This document shows positions 28,818 through 38,989 of a DNA stretch of 64,000 nucleotides, in pieces. This stretch comes from Planctomycetota bacterium (GTDB lineage Bacteria > Planctomycetota > B15-G4). Where the stretch lies: NCBI GenBank assembly GCA_038212275.1, contig JBBQUR010000002.1:232778-296777 (forward strand), in the 5' to 3' direction. Each line of letters begins with the position of its first letter. The stretch's first letter is position 1. The position numbers and the translations under genes were made by a program. The notes beneath the pieces were generated by a model. The model did no database searches. It saw nothing but the letters and a program-made list of their open reading frames with translations, and was not told the origin of the DNA.

Positions 28818-29001
28818 GAGCGGCGAGATTCTAGCCCGCGGCGCCTGTCTGGCGCCCCGCCAACTTGCCGCACGAAAGCGACAGGCTCTCCCGAGTGCAG
28901 GTCCGGCGCATGGCCCCCTCGCCTTGTCCCCCCTCCGAAGCCGGGGCAGAATGCAGGTCGGGGAGCGCTCGCGGGGCTCCCCACCCCCGGAAAAAGGCCG
29001 C

Positions 29002-31560
29002 ATGTCCGTATCCTCTCCCTGGCACCGCCGTCGCACGAGAGCTGGCCTTCGAGCGGCCGCATCGGTGGTTGCCGGGTGCTTCCTCCTGGCCCCCGCGGCG
29101 CCAGCCCACGCGCCGCACGACGTGGTCGGCGAGCTGGCGATGTCGCCCACCTTCCTGCAGGACCACACGCTCTTCGCGAGCTTCTCGCTCACCGATCACA
29201 CGCTCTTCGGCCGGTCCACGGACGGCGGCCTGAGCTGGCAGGAATACGGCCTGCCGATGATGGAGCACCCGATCCAGAAGTTCGCGTTCTCGCCGCGCTT
29301 CGTGGTGGACGGCATCGCCTTTGCCGCGACGGACGGCGGCGGCATCTGGCGCACCGCGGACGCAGGACTGACCTGGGCGCCCATCAACACCGGACTGCCG
29401 AGCCTGGTGGTGCGCAGCATCGCGGTCTCGCCCAAGTTCAAGTCGGACGCCACCCTGATTGCCGCCACCGACCTCGGGTGCGCGCGTTCCTCCAACGGCG
29501 GCCTGACGTGGGTCTCGGTCAACACGGGCCTCGTCGAGACGGCCCTCCGCGTCGTCGATTTCGCCCCGGGGGACAACACCACCGCCTTCATCGGCGGCAA
29601 GACGCTGCACGCCTCGAGCGACGGTGGCCTCACCTGGGCGCCGCGCGTGACCTACCCCAATCTCATGGAGACGCTCGCGGTCTCGCCCAGGTTCGCCCAG
29701 GACCACGCGCTCATGCTGGCCTTCGGGCGTTTCGGCACCGGCGCCCGCTACAGCACGGACGGCGGTCTCAGCTTCAGCGGCTGCAACACGGGCCTGACCG
29801 ACCAGTTCGTCTACGAGATCGCCATCGCGAACAACGGCACCGTGCTGGCCGCCACCAAGACCGCAGGTTGTTATCGCGCGTCGGCGCCGGGCTCCCCGTG
29901 GAAGCTCACGATCAACGGCTTCGAGGCGCCCTCGGACCTGACGGAGTTCCACAACACCGAGGCCCTCGTCTCGCCGGGCTTCGGTGCCGACGGCCTGGCT
30001 TACATCGGCTCCTACGAAGGCCTCTACGTCACGCACGACGGCGGGGAAAGCTGGCGGCAGTGCGACGTCTACAACCAGTTCCTCAATCGGCACATCGCCT
30101 TCTCGCCGAACTTCGCGCACGATCGCACCGTCTTCTTCGGCAACTACGGCGGCGGCGTGCTGCAGTACGGACCTGAGGCGCCCGGGCCCGTGGCCGCCAC
30201 CGCATCCGGCACGGCGTCCGTCGCGGTCGTGGGACAGCCCACCCCGGCGGCAGCGGTCTCCGGAGGGGGCGAGCCCCACTCGCTGCAGAGGGCCACGGCC
30301 TTCGCTTCCAGCTCGTGGAGAGGGCTCTCCAACAACATCGCGGCGCTCTACAGCGATGCGCTGGCGGTCTCGCCGGAATTCGCCTCCGACCGCACGCTTT
30401 TCTACGGCTACACGGTGCTCAGCCGATCCACCGACGCGGGCGAGCACTGGACGCAGCTGCCGAAGCCGTCGGGCGTCACCGTCGTGCGTCGCATCGCGAC
30501 CTCGCCCGACTTCGCCAACGACCGCACGGTGATCTTCGGCTCGGGCGGCGAAGGCACCTGGCGCAGCCTCGACGGCGGCGACAGCTTCTCGCAGCTGCAG
30601 CTCGGCCTGCCGGCCGCCTTCTCGACGAGCAGCATCGACTTCTCGCCCGACTTCGCCGCGGACGGCACCATCTTCCTCGCGTCGCGCAATCTGGGCGTCT
30701 ACCGCAGCACCGACCGCGGGCACAGCTGGACGCCCGCCAACGCCGGAATGTCCAACCTCATGGTGCGCTGCTTCGCCGTCTCGCCGGATTTCGCGGCGGA
30801 CCGGACGGCCTTCGCGGGGACCGTCGGCAGCGGCGTCTTCATCACGCACGACGCCGGCGTGTCGTGGTCGCCCACCGATGCGGGGCTTCCCGGAACCAGC
30901 GGACCGGCTGCCGGCCCGCTCATCATCGAGAGCATCGTGCTTTCGCCCGCCTTCGCGACGGACCGCACGGCGCTGCTCGCCACGCTGAACGACAGCGTCT
31001 TCCGCTCCGTGGACGGCGGCAACTCGTGGGCCCCGGCCTCCGCGGGCATGCCGCGCGACTCGGTGCGCACGCTGGAGATCTCGCCGGACTTCGCGCACGA
31101 CCAGCGGGTCCTGGCCGGCACTTACGGCTGGACCTGGGAGACGACCGACGCCGGCGCCACGTGGAGCCGCCTCCCCGGCGGACTGCGCGTGGACGAGTCG
31201 GCCGCCACCGTGTATCGCTCCGACGACTGGACCAAGATCGGCGGCACGAACAACAACGGCGGCTCGGTACGCGTGTCGCTCGGCGCCGGCGCCTGGGAGG
31301 AGCTGCAGTTCTTCGGCGACCGCATCGTGTGGTTCGCCAACACCGGCAAACTCTCCGGCATCGCCCGGGTGAGCATCGACGGACTCCCGCCCCAGCGGGT
31401 TGACCTCTACGGGCCGACGCTCAAGACGCAGCAGCCGGTGTTCGAGCAGAGCTTCGAGACCCCCGGCTGGCACGTGATCCGCGTGACCAACACAGGCGAG
31501 TCGAACCCGGATGCGAAGTTCGGCGCCGTGAACTCCGACGGCTACTTCTACTCGTTCTGA
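29002..31560 (+). CDS. Secreted BNR/Asp-box beta-propeller protein with C-terminal beta-sandwich
   Basis: Signal peptide; many RSTDGGxSW Asp-boxes and SPxFAxD repeats. Confidence 0.82.
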   Translation: MSVSSPWHRRRTRAGLRAAASVVAGCFLLAPAAPAHAPHDVVGELAMSPTFLQDHTLFASFSLTDHTLFGRSTDGGLSWQEYGLPMMEHPIQKFAFSPRFVVDGIAFAATDGGGIWRTADAGLTWAPINTGLPSLVVRSIAVSPKFKSDATLIAATDLGCARSSNGGLTWVSVNTGLVETALRVVDFAPGDNTTAFIGGKTLHASSDGGLTWAPRVTYPNLMETLAVSPRFAQDHALMLAFGRFGTGARYSTDGGLSFSGCNTGLTDQFVYEIAIANNGTVLAATKTAGCYRASAPGSPWKLTINGFEAPSDLTEFHNTEALVSPGFGADGLAYIGSYEGLYVTHDGGESWRQCDVYNQFLNRHIAFSPNFAHDRTVFFGNYGGGVLQYGPEAPGPVAATASGTASVAVVGQPTPAAAVSGGGEPHSLQRATAFASSSWRGLSNNIAALYSDALAVSPEFASDRTLFYGYTVLSRSTDAGEHWTQLPKPSGVTVVRRIATSPDFANDRTVIFGSGGEGTWRSLDGGDSFSQLQLGLPAAFSTSSIDFSPDFAADGTIFLASRNLGVYRSTDRGHSWTPANAGMSNLMVRCFAVSPDFAADRTAFAGTVGSGVFITHDAGVSWSPTDAGLPGTSGPAAGPLIIESIVLSPAFATDRTALLATLNDSVFRSVDGGNSWAPASAGMPRDSVRTLEISPDFAHDQRVLAGTYGWTWETTDAGATWSRLPGGLRVDESAATVYRSDDWTKIGGTNNNGGSVRVSLGAGAWEELQFFGDRIVWFANTGKLSGIARVSIDGLPPQRVDLYGPTLKTQQPVFEQSFETPGWHVIRVTNTGESNPDAKFGAVNSDGYFYSF

Positions 31561-31623
31561 GCCCGCGGGGCCGCAGCGCGGCTGCGTCGCACGCGAGCCG
31601 CACCGCAAGGCTGCCGTGGTGCG

Positions 31624-34600
31624 TCAGGCCTCGGCGTCGTCGTCCGCGTCGAGGGTGCCGTCGTCTTCGGAGGGGGCGACCTCGTGCGCCACGCTGCCCG
31701 ACGCGCGGGGCCCGCGGCCCGAGTCGTCGTCGTCGCTGCCGCGTGCATCGGGCTTGAGCGCGATCCAGTCCTGCAGCGTCATGGTGAGCTCGCGCGCCTG
31801 GCTGCCCTTGTATTCGCCGAGCACGCCTTCCTCGGCCATCATGTCGATGAGCCGGCTGGCGCGCGTGTAGCCGATCGCGAACTTGCGCTGCAGCAGCGAG
31901 GCGGAGCCGCGCTCGGTGGAGAAGACGAAGCGCACGGCCGCGTCGTAGAGCTCGTCCTCGCTGTCCGGGTCGCGCGCGTTCTCGGAGCGGCGCTGCACGA
32001 GGTCGGGCTCGTAGGCGTGGCCCGAGACCGTCTTCACCTCGTTCATGATGCGCTGCACTTCCTCTTCGCTGAGGTAGGTGCCCTGGCCGCGCACGAGCGC
32101 CGAGCTGGCCGGCGACATCATGAGCAGGTCGCCCTCGCCGAGGAGCTGCTCGGCGCCGTTCTCGTCGAGGATGACGCGCGAGTCGATCTTGCTGCTCACC
32201 ATGAAGGCGATGCGCGTCGGCAGGTTGGCCTTGATGAGGCCCGTGATGACGTTGGTGGACGGCCGCTGCGTCGCGACGATGAGGTGGATGCCCACCGCGC
32301 GGCTCTTGGCGGCGAGGCGCGTGATGGAGGTCTCGACCTCCTTGGCCGAGGTCATCATGAGGTCGGCCAGCTCGTCGATGACGATGACGATGAAGGGCAG
32401 GAAGCGCGGGAAGTCCGGGTCATCGGCGCGCTCTCCGAAGTGCGCCCGCAGGCCCTCGACGCCCAGCTTGTTGTAGCTGTAGATGTTGCGCACGCCGGCC
32501 TGCGAGAGGAGCTTGTAGCGCTCCTCCATCTTCATGATGGCCCACTCGAGAATGCCCGGCGCGCGCTTCATGTCCGAGATGACCGGGCACGCCAGGTGCG
32601 GCGCGTTGGCGAACTGCGTGAGCTCCACCATCTTCGGGTCGATGAGGATGAGCTTGAGCTGCTCCGGCGAGCGCGTGTAGAGGAAGGACACGAGGATGGA
32701 GTTCAGGCACACCGACTTGCCCGAGCCGGTGGCGCCCGCGACGAGCAGGTGCGGCATGCGCGCCAGGTCCACCACCATCGGGCGGCCCGACGCGTCGCGT
32801 CCCAGGAAGATCGGCAGGGCATACTTGCCCTCCATGTATTCCCGCGAGTGCAGCAGCGGCTTCATCCGCACGGTTTCGCGCAGCGGGTTGGGCACCTCGA
32901 TGCCGATCGTGTTCTTGCCGGGAATCGGCGCCACGATGCGCACGCTGCGGGCGCGCAGCGCGATGGCCAGGTCGTCCTCGAGCGAGCGCACCTTCTCGAC
33001 CTTGATGCCCGGCGCCAGCTCCATCTCGAACATCGAGATGACCGGCCCCTTCTGGATCTCCACGACGCGCGCCTCGACCTTGAAGGACTCGAGCGTGCGC
33101 TCCAGCGTTGCGGTCTTGTTGGCAAGCAGCGCGTCCAGCTCGACCTGGTCGACGGACTCCTGTTCGTCGAGCAGCTCGTCGCCGGGGAATTTGTAGGGGC
33201 CGGCGATGGCCGCCGCCGCGGCGGGGTTCACGGCAGTCTCGCCGTAGAGCGTCTTCTGCACCGGCTGCTCGTCCGCCGGCCGACGCACGCGCGGCATCGG
33301 GCGCGCCGTGGCGCCTGCGCCGGACGCGGCGGGTCCCGCCGTGCCAGGACCCGCGGCGACATCGCCGGCTTCGGCAGCCACCGCGTCGCCCGGATCAGGC
33401 ATCGCGACACCTGCCGGCTTGCCCGGCCTTCCGGCCGGTGTGGCCGGTGCCGTCGAGGCGGCCGGTGCGGCCTCGCCTCTGGGGCCCGCGCCGCTCTGCA
33501 TCGAGTGGATCTTCGGTGCGCTCGCCGCCGGACCCGCGTCGGACTTGCCGGCAGTCTCGCCCTTCGTGCCGGCGCCGGCCTTGTCGCCGGCGCGCGCGCC
33601 GTCGGAGCTCCGCTCGGAGCGTCCCGCTTCCCTGGCAGCTGCTTCCTTCGCAGCCGCGTCTCTGGCGGCCGACTCCCTGGCTGCGGCTTCCCGAGCCGGC
33701 GCATCTTTGCCGGCGCCGTCGCGCGTCGCTGTGCCGGACTTTCCCGGCGCGGTCGGCGCGGTCGGCGTGGCGACGGCTGCGGCTGGCGCGCCGGAGCGCG
33801 CGCGACGCGCGGCGCCCGCGGCGCCCGCCGTGTCCGGAATGCTCGCGCCCGGCAGGCCCTCGAGCACCTTGAACGGCGACAGGTCCGCGCTGGAACCCAG
33901 CGGCCGCGCCTCACCCACCTCGGGCACGTCGTCCATGACGGGCGTCGAGCTGACCGTCGCGCGACGCGCGCGCAACCAGCCCAGCGTGCGCATGACGTGG
34001 GTGTAGTAGACGATGTCCGTCGCGAGCACGAAGGTCATCAGCGTGAGCACGATGAGCGCGATGCGCGTGCCCGCCAGGCCGAGGCCCGCCACGTCGCGAA
34101 GCTGGTGGTTGATGTACTCGCCCACCGTGCCGCCCGACGGGAAGTGTCCCGACAGGCCGCCGAGGAAGTGCGCCAGCAGGCCCGACAGCGCCACGAGGCA
34201 CAGCACCAGCCCCATGAAGCGGATGCTGAAGGACTCCGGCTGCAGGCGCGCGAAGAGCGTCCCGCCCCAGAGCCCCAGGCACAGCACGAGCAGGTAGGCC
34301 GCGTAGCCGAAGGAGCCGAGCAGGAAAGTGCCGAACCACTCGCCCGTGGGGCCGCAGAGGTTGGAGTCGCCGTAGGCCGAGCCGCAGGCCAGCAGAAGAA
34401 AGAGCGTGAAGCCCAGCAGCGCCAGCGCGCCCATTTCGCGCAGCCGGTGGCGCGCGGCCTCGGACATCGGAGCGCGCGGCTCGGCCGGCGCCGCCTTGTC
34501 GCGAGCACCGCGATCCGCGGCACCGGAGCGCGAGCCGCCGGCCTTGCCGCCGCGCCCGGCCGGGCGCCCGGCGCCGCGCGCCGTCAGCCCTGCGGCCGAC

Positions 34601-34698
34601 GCGGCCAGCGAGGCCTTCGCCTGATGGCCGATGCGCTGAACCAGTCGCTTGCTCGCCAGCAGCGATGCCGCCGCCTTCGCCTTCTTGCCCCGTGCCAT
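31624..34698 (-). CDS. ftsK: DNA translocase FtsK
   Basis: 4TM N-terminal domain, long linker, PHLLVAGATGSGKS, IDPKMVEL, DELADLM, ATQRPS, gamma domain SASLLQRKFAIGYTRASRLID. Confidence 0.95.
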   Translation of the reverse strand: MARGKKAKAAASLLASKRLVQRIGHQAKASLAASAAGLTARGAGRPAGRGGKAGGSRSGAADRGARDKAAPAEPRAPMSEAARHRLREMGALALLGFTLFLLLACGSAYGDSNLCGPTGEWFGTFLLGSFGYAAYLLVLCLGLWGGTLFARLQPESFSIRFMGLVLCLVALSGLLAHFLGGLSGHFPSGGTVGEYINHQLRDVAGLGLAGTRIALIVLTLMTFVLATDIVYYTHVMRTLGWLRARRATVSSTPVMDDVPEVGEARPLGSSADLSPFKVLEGLPGASIPDTAGAAGAARRARSGAPAAAVATPTAPTAPGKSGTATRDGAGKDAPAREAAARESAARDAAAKEAAAREAGRSERSSDGARAGDKAGAGTKGETAGKSDAGPAASAPKIHSMQSGAGPRGEAAPAASTAPATPAGRPGKPAGVAMPDPGDAVAAEAGDVAAGPGTAGPAASGAGATARPMPRVRRPADEQPVQKTLYGETAVNPAAAAAIAGPYKFPGDELLDEQESVDQVELDALLANKTATLERTLESFKVEARVVEIQKGPVISMFEMELAPGIKVEKVRSLEDDLAIALRARSVRIVAPIPGKNTIGIEVPNPLRETVRMKPLLHSREYMEGKYALPIFLGRDASGRPMVVDLARMPHLLVAGATGSGKSVCLNSILVSFLYTRSPEQLKLILIDPKMVELTQFANAPHLACPVISDMKRAPGILEWAIMKMEERYKLLSQAGVRNIYSYNKLGVEGLRAHFGERADDPDFPRFLPFIVIVIDELADLMMTSAKEVETSITRLAAKSRAVGIHLIVATQRPSTNVITGLIKANLPTRIAFMVSSKIDSRVILDENGAEQLLGEGDLLMMSPASSALVRGQGTYLSEEEVQRIMNEVKTVSGHAYEPDLVQRRSENARDPDSEDELYDAAVRFVFSTERGSASLLQRKFAIGYTRASRLIDMMAEEGVLGEYKGSQARELTMTLQDWIALKPDARGSDDDDSGRGPRASGSVAHEVAPSEDDGTLDADDDAEA

Positions 34699-34800
34699 GC
34701 CGCCTCACCGCCTGTTGCCGTCGTCGCTTCCCGGGCATCGCGGCCGCAGCGCGCCGCGATCGCTCAAGACCGGACTCTCCGGCCGCCGAGAAAGGACATC

Positions 34801-35985
34801 GTGGCGACCCTGCAGATGCTCATCAATCTCTTTCCAGTGGAGACGGGCGGCATCCAGGCGGCGGCCGCCCTGCTGCTGGCTGCCGTCGCGCTCGTCGTGG
34901 GCAGCACGAGCTTCGTGTTCTGGAGGCGCGCGAGCCGGCGTCGCACGGCCACGGAACTTGCGCTGGCGCACGGACTCTCGGCGCGCTCGGCGCAGTGCTT
35001 CGCCACGATGTTCCAGCACGAGAGCGCGGGCACGGCCGAATCGCTGCTCACGGCGCCCGACCTGCTGACCAAGCGGCTGGTGCTTGCCATCGCACGCCAG
35101 CCGGGGCGGGAGGCCGCACTGGCCGTCGCGGCCGACGCCGCACGCCTGCTCGACGAGCTGGGCCTGCGCACGCCGGCTTTCGACGGCGCGCCGCTGCCGT
35201 GCGAGCCGTTCGTCATCAGCGACCCCACCGAACCCTCGGGGCCCGCTGTCCTGGTCTTCGTCGGCGCGGCCGACGAGAAGAACCTCATCGTGGTGAGCCC
35301 CTTCCCCTGCCCGTGGCCGCTGCGCCGCAATCTGCTGGCCACGCCGCAGCCGCTGCCCGGTCTCGGCACGACAAGCGGTGCGCCGCTCGCGAATTCGAAC
35401 GGCACCGCGGAGCCCGAGGCCCCGCCAGGCCGCATGGCCTTCGAGGCCGCGCTGCTGCTGCGCCCGATGCCGCCGCTGAACGAGTGGGTCTTCACCCACG
35501 CGCTGGTCGAGACCATCACCAACCGCCGCGCGACGGTGCGCGTGCCGTGCCGGATCGAGACCGTCACGCTGCCCGACAGCGGCGACCCGCTGCTGCTGCG
35601 CCAGCGCCTGCAGCGCGAGGAAAGCGTGCGCTTCGGCGAGTTGCAGTCGTCCCGAGCCTGGAGCCAGCGACTGACCGTCACGGTGGTGGACATCTCCGCC
35701 GACGGCGCGCGCCTGGTTCTCGATCAGCCGCTGGCCAAGCACCAGCGCCTGCACCTGGTGCTCGCGCGCGCCGACGACTCGCTCCTCGCGCTGCCGCTGG
35801 CCGAGGTCGTGGACGTGCGCCGCGACGACGGCGGCGGCACGATCGCCGGCGTGCGCTTCATCGGCGTGCGCATGAAGGAGCGCCTTTGCCTCGCCGACTA
35901 CGTGCGCGCCCTGGCCCGCCCCGCCATCAGCGCCGCGCGGAGGTTGCCCCGCGGGCCGGAGCGACGGCGCGGGCCGGAGCCGTAA
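34801..35985 (+). CDS. Membrane-anchored PilZ-domain protein
   Basis: RBS aaggac plus GTG; N-terminal TM; RRATVR (RxxxR) and DISADG (DxSxxG) c-di-GMP motifs; GVRF. Confidence 0.72.
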   Translation: MATLQMLINLFPVETGGIQAAAALLLAAVALVVGSTSFVFWRRASRRRTATELALAHGLSARSAQCFATMFQHESAGTAESLLTAPDLLTKRLVLAIARQPGREAALAVAADAARLLDELGLRTPAFDGAPLPCEPFVISDPTEPSGPAVLVFVGAADEKNLIVVSPFPCPWPLRRNLLATPQPLPGLGTTSGAPLANSNGTAEPEAPPGRMAFEAALLLRPMPPLNEWVFTHALVETITNRRATVRVPCRIETVTLPDSGDPLLLRQRLQREESVRFGELQSSRAWSQRLTVTVVDISADGARLVLDQPLAKHQRLHLVLARADDSLLALPLAEVVDVRRDDGGGTIAGVRFIGVRMKERLCLADYVRALARPAISAARRLPRGPERRRGPEP

Positions 35986-35995
35986 TGCCGCCAGC

Positions 35996-36142
35996 TCACG
36001 GCGCGGTGAGTTGCACCGCCGTGATCGCGCCCGCGGAGACCGTCACCGACTCCGGGCCAGCGGCCAGTTCAGCGTCCTCCCCGCCGGCGCGGTGCTGCAT
36101 GAGCCGCACGACGTAGCGTCCTGGAAGCAGCGCCTGGAGCAT
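35996..36142 (-). pseudogene. Possible C-terminal remnant of a carboxypeptidase-regulatory-like beta-sandwich protein
   Basis: LLPGRYVVRL...VTVSAGAITAVQL* pattern with no plausible N-terminus. Confidence 0.3.
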
Positions 36143-36250
36143 GGTCTCCTTCGCCTCCCGCTCGGCGCCGGACAGAATCGTCCGCAGCGCGGGAAAGGCT
36201 AGCAGCCAGCGCGGAGCCGTGTCATGTCCCGATGCTCCGAGCGCGCCCTC

Positions 36251-36272
36251 GTTGCGATTCTGAGATCGCAAC
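36251..36272. promoter_or_regulatory. Inverted repeat upstream of hicB (possible operator/hairpin)
   Basis: GTTGCGAT-tctgag-ATCGCAAC, perfect 8-bp arms. Confidence 0.4.
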
Positions 36273-36409
36273 AGTTGAGCGACACATCGGGCACGCCATC
36301 AGCCGTAACGATCGAGGACTCGCCCCGTCCTTCTCCTCGCGGACCAACGAACGGGGAGGTGCTAGACTTCATGGGCGCAAGAACGATCAGCGCGCGGACC
36401 GACAGTTTC

Positions 36410-36622
36410 ATGGCGCAGGAATACGACGTCCTCATCGAGCGGGACCAGGACGGCACCCTGGTCGCTTCGGTGCCGGCGCTGCCCGGCTGCCACACGCAGG
36501 CTCACTCGCTCGATGACCTCATGGAGCGCGTGAAGGAAGCGATCACGCTTTGCCTCGAGGAACGCGGACAGCCCCCCGACAACCTTGTCTTCGTCGGCAT
36601 CCAGCGCGTCCGCGTCTCGTGA
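36410..36622 (+). CDS. hicB: HicB-family antitoxin
   Basis: YDVLIERDQDG...VPALPGCHTQAHSLDDLMERVKEAITLCLE. Confidence 0.9.
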   Translation: MAQEYDVLIERDQDGTLVASVPALPGCHTQAHSLDDLMERVKEAITLCLEERGQPPDNLVFVGIQRVRVS

Positions 36623-36840
36623 ACCCGCGAGCGCCGCGACCTGGCGGTCGCGAGGTCATCGTCATTCTGGAGCGGCGCGGATTCACGGTCGTGCGCGTCC
36701 GCGGGTCGCACCACATCCTGCGTCACGCAGATGGCCGCATGACCGTGGTTCCGGTGCATCGAGGCGAGACGATCGGCCCCGGGCTGCTCGCAAAGATCCT
36801 GCGCGATGCCCGCATGACCCATGCAGACCTCTCCGACTGA
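36619..36840 (+). CDS. hicA: HicA-family toxin
   Basis: LERRGFTVVRVRGSHHILRHADGRMTVVPVH...IGPGLLAKILRDA; GTGA overlap with hicB. Confidence 0.9.
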   Translation: MNPRAPRPGGREVIVILERRGFTVVRVRGSHHILRHADGRMTVVPVHRGETIGPGLLAKILRDARMTHADLSD

Positions 36841-36848
36841 GAACGTCG

Positions 36849-36890
36849 CCGCGCATCGCGGCGGCGAGCGTGCGCCACCGCGATGCGCGG
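36849..36890. terminator. Strong hairpin between convergent hicA and rpoZ
   Basis: ccgcgcatcgcgg ... ccgcgatgcgcgg, perfect 13-bp arms; no U-tract; second hairpin at 36919-36941. Confidence 0.5.
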
Positions 36891-36964
36891 AAGATCATGT
36901 CGTGAATCGCCGAACGCATCGCGCGACACGTCGTCGCGCGAGCCGTCAGCGTGCCCCGCGGCGA

Positions 36965-37333
36965 CTACTCGTCGTCGTCGTCGCTGCCGCCGCCACCGGC
37001 ATCGAAGCCGCCGCCGCCGGCGGAGGACGAGTTGTCCGCGCTGGCCATGTTGCGGGTCATGCGCGAGCGCAGCGCCTCGAGCAGTTCGGCCTCGTCGTTG
37101 GCCATCTGCGATTCGACCTGGAGCTGCTTGAGCTCCTCCTCGGAGAGGTCCACCAGCTCGATCGCGTCGGCCTCGATCTCGAGCAGCGCGATGTTGATCG
37201 GGTTGATCTCGCGCGTGTCCACGAGCTTGGGCGAACCGGCCACCAGCTCCTGCACGCGCTTCTGCAGCAGGACCGACAGGCGGAACAAACCGCCCACCTT
37301 GTCCGAGAGGGTCATGACTTTCGTGCGATCCAT
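36965..37333 (-). CDS. rpoZ: RNA polymerase omega subunit
   Basis: KVGGLFRLSVLLQKRVQELVAGSPKLV...IALLEI; directly downstream of gmk. Confidence 0.85.
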   Translation of the reverse strand: MDRTKVMTLSDKVGGLFRLSVLLQKRVQELVAGSPKLVDTREINPINIALLEIEADAIELVDLSEEELKQLQVESQMANDEAELLEALRSRMTRNMASADNSSSAGGGGFDAGGGGSDDDDE

Positions 37334-37368
37334 CGGGGCTCTCCGTAGTACTTCGGTTGCGGTCGTGT

Positions 37369-38094
37369 TCAAAGCGTCGTCGAGCGCGGCTTGCCGTTGG
37401 CAGGCGCGCCCGGGGTGTTCGGTGCGTGCGGCGCCGGGGCGGGGCCGGGCGCGTGCGTCGTGGTCGCGCTGCCGGGGCCTTGCGGCGCGGCGGTCTTCGG
37501 CGCGGGACTCGCGGGCACAGCGTCCTCGCGCAGCTCGAGGAGCGCGAAGATCTGCGCGACGGTGGCGTCGATGGTCTCGTTGACCACGATCGTGCTGCCG
37601 GCAGCACGCGAGGCCGCCATCTCCTCGGCGGCGCGCGCGAGACGGCGCCGGATCGCGCTCTCGGCGTCGGTGCGGCGCTCGCGCAGGCGGCGCTCCAGGA
37701 CGTCCATGCTGGGCGGCGCGATGAAGATGTACGTGCCGTCGTAGCCGGCCTTGCGCAGGTTCTCCGCGCCGGTGACATCCACTTCCATGAGGTAGACACG
37801 GCCGGGCTGCGCGAGCGCGGCCTGCAGCTCCGCGCGCAGCGAGCCGTAGAGGTGCCCGTTGCCGAAGACGTCGTTGGTCTCCGCGAACAGGTCCTGCGCC
37901 TTCATCTCCAGGAATTTCTCGCGCGTCACGAAGTGGTAGTCGCGGTCCGGGATCTCGCCCGTGCGCGGCTCGCGCGTCGTCACCGTCACGGCCACCATCA
38001 CCGACGGATGCCGGCGCAGCCGCTCCTTGATGGTGGTCTTGCCGGTGCCGCTGGGCCCGGACATGACGACGAGCTGTCCGCGTGCGGCGCTCAT
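37369..38094 (-). CDS. gmk: Guanylate kinase
   Basis: SGPSGTGKTT, TTREPRTGE, DYHFV, IFIAPPS. Confidence 0.93.
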   Translation of the reverse strand: MSAARGQLVVMSGPSGTGKTTIKERLRRHPSVMVAVTVTTREPRTGEIPDRDYHFVTREKFLEMKAQDLFAETNDVFGNGHLYGSLRAELQAALAQPGRVYLMEVDVTGAENLRKAGYDGTYIFIAPPSMDVLERRLRERRTDAESAIRRRLARAAEEMAASRAAGSTIVVNETIDATVAQIFALLELREDAVPASPAPKTAAPQGPGSATTTHAPGPAPAPHAPNTPGAPANGKPRSTTL

Positions 38095-38954
38095 TCGATG
38101 TTGGCCGCCTGCTCGCGCAGGCGCTCCACGCAGGTCTTCATGCGGACGACCCGCGCCGCGGCGCGCGCATCGGAGCACTTGCTGCCCACGGTGTTCACCT
38201 CGCGCCCGATCTCCTGCAGCACGAAGTCGATCGAGCGGCCGACGGGCTCGCGCAGCTCGAGCGTCGCGGCCAGCGCATCGAGATGGCTGTCGAGGCGGTC
38301 GAGTTCCTCGGTGATGTCGGTGCGGCTGGCCAGCAGCGCGACCTCGCGCAGCAGCGCGGGGTCATTGCCGGACACGGCGCTGCCCGCGACGAGCGCGTCG
38401 AGGCGGCGGCGCAGGTTCGAGTGAAAGACCTTCACGGCCGCGGGCGCCAGGCGGCGCAGCGCGGTGGCGTGGCGGCGCACGGAAGATAAGTCGCGCAGCA
38501 GCGAGCGCTTGAGGCGCGCGCCCTCCGCCAGCCGCATGCGGCGCATCTGCTCGACCGCGAGGCCCGCGACCTCGAGCACGATGCGTTCCATGTCCGTCTC
38601 GGAAACCTGCTGCTCGTCCTGCGTGATGACGCCGGGCAGCGAGAGCAGGTGGCCCGCGTCGCCGCCGCCGGCCTCCAGCAGCGCCTTGCGGTACACGGCG
38701 AGCAGCTTGTGATTCACGCGCGGAAGGCTTGCGGAGCGATCCGCGCGCAGCTTCACCAGCACGTCCACCGTGCCGCGCTGCGCGCTCTCCCGCACGATCG
38801 CCTCGAGGCGCGCCTCCACGCGGAGCATGTCCGACGGCACGCGGCAGCGCACCTGCAGGAAGCGCCCGTTCACGGAGCGTGCTTCCGCCTCGGCGGACAA
38901 CGCGCCGTGACGACGCGACGCGCGCCCGAAGCCGGTCATGCTGCAAAGCGTCAA
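38091..38954 (-). CDS. yicC: YicC/YloC-family endoribonuclease
   Basis: SMTGFGRA, RSVNGRFL, DITEELDRL, QEIGREVNTVGSK, REQAANIE. Confidence 0.92.
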   Translation of the reverse strand: MTLCSMTGFGRASRRHGALSAEAEARSVNGRFLQVRCRVPSDMLRVEARLEAIVRESAQRGTVDVLVKLRADRSASLPRVNHKLLAVYRKALLEAGGGDAGHLLSLPGVITQDEQQVSETDMERIVLEVAGLAVEQMRRMRLAEGARLKRSLLRDLSSVRRHATALRRLAPAAVKVFHSNLRRRLDALVAGSAVSGNDPALLREVALLASRTDITEELDRLDSHLDALAATLELREPVGRSIDFVLQEIGREVNTVGSKCSDARAAARVVRMKTCVERLREQAANIE

Positions 38955-38989
38955 GCGATCATGCTCCGTTCACGCACCGTTCATGCACC

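Noticed and set aside
26856..30176. 1106-aa + strand ORF
   Set aside because: Antisense to rimO and then out of frame with the BNR gene; Arg/Gly-rich GC artefact
28831..31608. 925-aa minus-strand ORF
   Set aside because: Antisense shadow of the BNR-repeat gene
31684..34800. N-terminal ~1040 aa of the 1433-aa + strand ORF 31684..35985
   Set aside because: Antisense shadow of ftsK; only the part from the GTG at 34801 looks like a real protein
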